From Phoronis australis (Eukaryota; Animalia; Phoronida): DNA of 52,379 nt. Where the stretch lies: positions 192,998 through 245,376 of the forward strand of contig NMRA01000596.1 of NCBI GenBank assembly GCA_002633005.1, given 5' to 3'. Made by a program: the position numbers and the translations under genes. Positions 46,404-52,379 of this stretch are shown in pieces (within the stretch, counting starts at the first letter, position 1; each line of letters begins with the position of its first letter). The notes beneath the pieces are model-generated. The model ran no database searches. It had not been told where the DNA came from and saw nothing but the letters and a program-made list of their open reading frames with translations.

Positions 46404-46735
46404 GTAATGTTGTGAATTTGTCTTGTACTCTTGTGCATTATACTGTATTGCTGTGCTGTGCAGTGTGGAGTAGCTAAGACATGGTTAAGGCCAAAGAAAA
46501 TTGCATCTGACTGGCTTTGAAATATTAGCCTCATTGTTTAAAGATAAGACTCCCACGTGCATCATATTTAGCGAAGTTCTTTTTCATTCAAAAGCTACAC
46601 AAAAGGAATTAGACGGCCACCTCCTTTATGGCTTCAATTTGACTTGATGTTGAAGAGCCCTGCTATGGGTGGCGCTGAATATCGTGTAGCAGCACGACTC
46701 ATTTCAATACTGGAAATTGTCCTCTGATGTTGCAG

Positions 46736-46925
46736 GTAAACCTCAGGTTATGTCTGGCCTCAGTGGACTACGTGTACTGAAGACAACACAGTCTGCCTTT
46801 GTGGGTTTCCACCGAGACGAGTACACCACTCTTCCCGATGCCCACGATCGCTGCTTCTCGACGGTGGTCGACGCAAAATGGTGGTACGACAGATTTGATG
46901 ACAGCACGATGTTCTGCCGCAACTG
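46736..46925 (+). CDS. UOX: Uricase exon (LRVLKTTQSAFVGFHRDEYTTLPDAHDRCFST...W); remaining exons beyond the window
   Basis: Acceptor ttgcag| and donor tg|gtatgt. Uricase signature LxVLKTTQSxFxxFxxDxYTTL and the substrate-binding Arg of DR. No downstream SPSVQxTLY exon was found before 52379. Confidence 0.95.
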
Positions 46926-47264
46926 GTATGTTTTTCTCGGACGTCGTGAGTGCTTAAAGCACCATGCAGCACCAGTTTGAAATTGAACCACTTTGTGCTG
47001 GATTTTCCGTTTGTAGAAACAATTATTTATGTTGATTGAACTCCATTTTGTCCATAATATAAATGTCTAAAAATTTTAGTGCTAAACTGCTAATTTGACT
47101 TAATGAAACGCATTGCAAAAGGGCTCCACCCTGTAAAAATTGATGTGTTGTTTTCACATAGTTCTGCTGAAAAACACTCTCAGTCCTGGGTAAGGCTGTT
47201 TTATTCTAGTACTATGGCTCACAGAGTTAAATAGCAGATTTGACTGAAGCAGTTGTGTGCTATG

Positions 47265-47410
47265 AAGTCAACTAAGAACAAGAGGGGCCAGCTGGCTATA
47301 GGTCAGTAGCAATGAGGTCAACGAAGAACAAAAGGGGCAGCAGGCAATAGGAGTAATGAGGTCAACTGTAATCAAAAGGGGGCAGCAGGCTATAGGAGTA
47401 ATTGGGTCAC
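47265..47410 (+). repeat. Three-copy ~40-45-bp tandem repeat
   Basis: tgaggtcaac...aaaggggcagcaggc.atagg repeated. Confidence 0.75.
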
Positions 47411-47452
47411 TCGTAGGGGAAACCTAAACAATTTGAGCTATCCAGGTGATTG

Positions 47453-48240
47453 TTATGCGCCCACATATTTATATGTGGACGCATTATGCCGTCATCTCTG
47501 TCCGTCCGTCCGGGCGGCGTCCGTCCGGCGTCTGGCGTCCAGCGTCCGCTGCTCTATCTCCAAAACCCTTTGACATACGTTCATGAAATTTGGCACATAT
47601 GTTCCATTCATGAATGGGACGGCATGTGCGAACTTTCGGACGGATCCGNACTACCAGTGTGTCCCCTAGTGGCAATTTTGAATTTTTTATTTTACCTCTG
47701 TATCTTCAAAGTACCTCTAGGGATTTTCATAAAGTTTGGCCGATAGGCATCTATCAGTGAGTTGACGCTATCGTTTGGTTTTCGGTTTGATTCATGGTAT
47801 TTTGCACCACCTAGCCAGTGGCCATTTTTACTGTTTTCGAGTCTTGTTAATTGGCGTCTCCCCCTCTGTCAACCAAACCACTCTTAAGGATGGTTGTGGA
47901 AACTGGCGTGTATGTTACTATTGTAAAGAGGAAGTCTGATGATGATTTTCCGACGACTTCATCTACTGTGGTGCCTCTTAGTGGAAGTTACGTTTTTTGC
48001 GCCCATAGCCTCCAAGCTGCAATTTCATTTTTTTTTTGTTTTCCTTGGTTTCTCAGAAGTTCCTTGACGGAATTTTATGAAATTTAGTAATTAGCTTTGA
48101 TGACAAGTACCAGTTTTTGGATGGATTCAACATATTTGCACCATCTAGCAGCCATTTTTATGTTCCAAATAAACACCCCTAGAAGCCCACCGTTTGCGGT
48201 GCATTCGTGGGCACATTTCAACGCTCCGCGTTGCTCTTGT
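47453..48240 (+). mobile_element. Full-length Helentron/HINE-like non-autonomous element
   Basis: 5' TTATGCGCCCACA plus an adjacent inverted repeat, (TCCG)n microsatellite, internal repeats, inverted GTGGGCACAT and a 3' hairpin CAACGCTCCGCGTTG. Confidence 0.8.
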
Positions 48241-49258
48241 GTTTGTGTTTAAATGGTTTATGTATACTTCAAATCAATTTGACTGTACTCAATCTTCTAA
48301 AATTCCAAACTGCAAAATTCATTTTAGGTGTACCCAGTTAGGAACTTGGTATTTAGCAATGTTTGAGCACAGCCAAAATGGATTTGAGTGTAAGTTAGTC
48401 AAAAGGAGGATTATTTGTTCAATGCTTATTCAACCAACTTACTTTCCACATTACTCAGTCCTCGACAGATTCGTTTTTCAACTGCATAATTGATTATCTT
48501 CACATCTAGTTTAGGTGAACCCATATTTGTATGAGTGAGTGCCTTTTAGCAAATATTTGATGACATGGTGCATACTGAGTGGACTCAATCTCAGAAAGGT
48601 ATTAGACACACTGAAACCTCATTTTTTTGTTTTCCTCACAAACTGCAGGTAGATGAATTAACGGCAACATGAAGTTATAATAACTTAATTATGCTGAGTG
48701 AAAACGCAGTGTGATAAGACCCGAGAGGAAGGGTCACAAATGAAACACCTGAATATCTAATGGCCATTTGTCTCGGAGTCTGATACTAGCTTCCAAGAAT
48801 GAGCAAATGAGCTAATTCTAAAGCAATAACGAACTCCCAGAGCATTAGACAGTTCATACAGATTTTATAACAGTAAGTACCGTAGTCAAAATCAACAGTT
48901 GACTTTTTGACAGAAAGCACTAACTTTAATCACACCTTTAAAGCCAACTATGAGTTTTTGAACATAAATGAGACTATCTTAGCTTAGATGTATACATGGT
49001 AGAACCAATGACCTAAATATACCTTAGCTCACTGGTAGAACATTGTCTGGTGACCAAGAGAGTGGACCTGATGAGTTTGTGTGCAATCGGTATCTTCAAC
49101 TACTCAGAAAAAATACTTAATAGTAAAAACAAGCAGTTCCCTTTGATTAGCACTGTCTTAAGGTTTTGAACAGACATCATAGTATTTCAATTAAACTATC
49201 AAGGTGGATTGAAAAAAGACTTACAAAATTATATGTCAAACATCAAGGTATGTTGATA

Positions 49259-49835
49259 TATGAACATTGTAACCTTAACAGATTACCGTATTTATTATTC
49301 CTGTATAGTATCCATATTCCATCCTATCATGTAAACTTGTCCTAGATAGCTTCATAACCTTATGAACAGAATACCACCTAGCTGCCTTGCCTGGAACACT
49401 CACAGTATATCAAAGTAGTTCAAATCTGTGTCCTAAATGCTGACAATATAAAACCAATCAGTTAGATAGGATACCACTAGTCAGTATTTAGGAATGGGAA
49501 CATTCTAATTTTAGCACCAATACCAAGGTCATTGTAACTGAGTACTNTATGAACATTGTAACTTTAACAGATTACCGTATTTATTATTCCTGTATAGTAT
49601 CCAGATTCCATCCTATCATGTAAACTTGTCCTAGATAGCTTCATAACCTCATGAACAGAATACCACCTAGCCGCCTTGCCTGGAACACTCACAGTATATC
49701 AAAGTAGTTCAAATCTGTGTCCTAAATGCTGACAATACAAAACCAATCAGTTAGATAGGATACCACTAGTCAGTATTTAGGAATGGGAACATTCTAATTT
49801 TAGCACCAATACCAATTTCATTGTAACTGAGTACT
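49259..49835 (+). repeat. 288-bp direct duplication separated by a single N (probable assembly artefact)
   Basis: 49259-49546 versus 49548-49835, about 7 mismatches, N at 49547. Confidence 0.9.
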
Positions 49836-50734
49836 GTAAATGCATTGTTAATAGACTGAGGACTGATGTAAACAAAGATTACACTGGCAGTGTCTCACAC
49901 TGTGGTGTAGACCACATAAACAAAGTCAAATTGAAGCTAGAAACACTCTGGATTTGAGCTCACATTGGCAATCAGAATTTTTGCCTTCATTCCATCACAT
50001 AGCTTGCTACACTGAAGTTAGGTTTTATCAAAGTAATGTGTCATAGATACCTAGCACGAAATTGAAAGTTTTTGCAGAATTTTTGCCGTAAGTCATCGGG
50101 AAAGAAAAATTTTTCACTTCTGGTAAGGATTTCTTTGACTCTCAGTTTTACTTTTATATTTCCCTCTATCTCACTGGTAAAGCATCAGCTTTTATGTAAA
50201 AATGAGGGTCAATAAGCAAATTGTGCGATTAGTTGGAAAAACATTTTGTTATTGAGACAATTTAATAGCAGCTGTGTTAAGACAATAATATTTTAAATAA
50301 AATATGTTCACAGTTTATTAAGAATGTCTTGGATGTAACTTTCAAGTATCTTACCACTTCATATCCGGAATACTGGCAGTGTTTTGCAAACTTCGAATAA
50401 AAATCAATTGTCCTTCAAAATGCTCTCAGTGTTTCAAAAGGACATTACACCAATCATATTATAACAAAAACTTCCAAGTAATTACTGTAAAGAGCAAGGA
50501 ACTGTTTTCCGTTTGTTGAATGGTTATCCAACAACTTACCAAAAATAAGATATCAAATTCATGAAGCTATCGAGTTTCATGAACAAAGGTAATTCCTTGA
50601 TTGGTTGAGTAACAATGGATAGATATCCTCAGATGACTGTGTCCCGTCTGTATGCATCATCCCCTCTTGGTATGGTATAGGGGAATTCCACAATAGTTTT
50701 GTAGGTAACGGAGGGGGCAAATTTATTTATTAGC

Positions 50735-50915
50735 TAATCTCTCAACCTGTCTTAATTATTTCTTTGTTATATTTATTTAATTATTGTTTTACTATTTTAT
50801 TGTATTACATTACTGTTTTATATTTTGTTGTTGAGGGCCCTCTTGGAAAGCAGCGTTGCCTCTGAAGAGGCTACCCGCATTTTAAAAAATACAACAAATA
50901 AATAAATAAAATAAA
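50735..50915 (+). mobile_element. 3' end of the same CR1/L2 family as 10530-11470
   Basis: ctcaacctgt...ttgttgagggccctcttggaaa...ctgaagaggc.accc.cattttaaa followed by (AAAT)n. Confidence 0.8.
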
Positions 50916-51633
50916 TGCTGTGAAAGTGCATGCAACCGAGAACAAAAAAATATTAATTCTGCAGTCTATAATTCGCAGCTTTCAATTAAGATATCTTTTA
51001 CAATTCATCTATATTTTCATTCAAGTCCAATATAGATTTTTAAAGAATTAATCAACATTAAACTGCAGCATTCCTGTCAGTTATGTTTCAATTCTATTCT
51101 AAAATAAAGCACCTGTCCTCTCATAGTTTAGGGTCATTGCTAGAGCACCAACTGCACTACACTGGCCACCCACTCACTGACCAGTTCAAGGGAGGCAAAT
51201 GGGACTCATTATGTAATAGTTTCTGTGATCACAACCCCAAAGTCCATGGTTGTGGTTCAGTCTAGGCAGGGATAGTTTTGAATTGCTGTGCATTTGTGCC
51301 AAAGTAGATCTGTCTGTAGCCCACTACAAATTGAAGTTATGATTTTAATGTTAGTTGATCAATTATTGTACTACACAAATTCTTAAAAACATTTCAAAGA
51401 ACATTTCAGCAAAGTCAGAGGGCAACTTAAACTCATAGTATTACTATGCAGTAAGTCTGGATCTGTGTAGTACTTCACTTATATCACTCAAAATAAACTA
51501 TTTCTTTTAACAAGTTAGTGTGGCAAAATAAACTGAATAGACATATGCTTTATAATTCAATTAAGGTTATTGTGTTACAAGCGTAGGTATCAGGAATAAA
51601 AAGCTAACACATATGGCTACTGAGGAAATGAGA

Positions 51634-51711
51634 TTACTATTAGTCGCAGGATTGTAACTTTTGAAGGACAGGTTAGGTTAGGTTAGGCTAGGTTAGGTTA
51701 GGTTAGGTTAG
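51634..51711 (+). mobile_element. Short insertion with a (GGTTA)n tail flanked by a 10-bp direct repeat
   Basis: GGAAATGAGA at 51624-51633 and 51712-51721; about 8 GGTTA units at 51671-51710. Confidence 0.6.
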
Positions 51712-52379
51712 GGAAATGAGACTTCAGAACACATGCATTTTAGTCGAAAATTGGAGAATTTCCTATTTGATTCAATCCTGTGCTTTCCTCATTATGCACT
51801 TCCCGAAACAAAAAACTACATGATAAAAATGTGGTAATTATTAAAATCAACACTGTGTCAGGTTTATGGCAAGTTAAATGTGTAAAATTTGTTTAATAAG
51901 TCATTCATATTTTTTATACAGAGTGCTACATGAAAAAATCACTGCTTAGTTGTTGACCTCTTGTATCATTAGGAGGTGACACCAACAAGAAAAGGTCAGT
52001 ATGGCCACATCAGGCTACATTTGAATTTTCAGTACTCTAATTCCAAAACCAAGTTTTCAGTCAGCAACTTTTCTGCTGACTTTTCAAGAATTTAGATTGA
52101 CAACAGATGCTCACCAATGTGTCAAATCTTCCTTTTGTTCTCTCAGTTACCCAGCTGCACAAATGTCAGTGAAAGTGAACAACAATAAATTTTGCGAACC
52201 ACACTGCCTGACATCCACTTTCACTTTGACATGATTCTCTAAACAGTGTTGAGCTGGGAACAGATTTTGGACTTTGTCTTGTGTTTGTAAGCAAGCATAC
52301 CTGAAGTTCCTGACCTGGCATAATTTCATGATTTTGCAAGACATTAAATTTATCTGTGTGTGATGAGTTCTGTGTGTAA

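Noticed and set aside
49022-49080. tRNA or SINE head (TAGCTCACTGGTAGAACA) and a nearby CTGATGAG
   Set aside because: No B box or cloverleaf, and no GAAA partner for a hammerhead.
52147-52344. Next uricase exon or an exon of another gene
   Set aside because: No frame gives the expected FAGP...SPSVQxTLY sequence or any recognisable motif, despite plausible splice-like sites.

Overview
This is AT-rich, repeat-dense animal genomic DNA, most likely from a marine invertebrate (species not determinable here), with one 699-nt assembly gap. Three host genes can be built from the sequence. (1) The last six coding exons of a DNase II-family nuclease lie on the + strand (1555-14233); both HxK motifs are present and one intron is GC-AG. 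(2) An LRR + LRRCT + Ig gene with a single coding exon lies on the - strand (22823-25438); it has a signal peptide but no visible TM or TIR domain. (3) The first five coding exons of urate oxidase lie on the + strand (43013-46925), and the gene continues beyond the window. The rest is transposon debris: AcademX-like relics, Kolobok-like TTAA elements with THAP relics, Harbinger-like elements and MITEs, Helentron/HINE-like elements, a CAC-ended element carrying a tRNA-like segment, CR1/L2, L1/Tx1, Gypsy and Penelope fragments, and minisatellites. The most notable observation is the linkage of DNase II and uricase, the same gene pair that is adjacent in mammals (DNASE2B/UOX), here separated by an apparently secreted LRR-Ig gene. 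All family assignments come from motif recognition by eye, not database searches.
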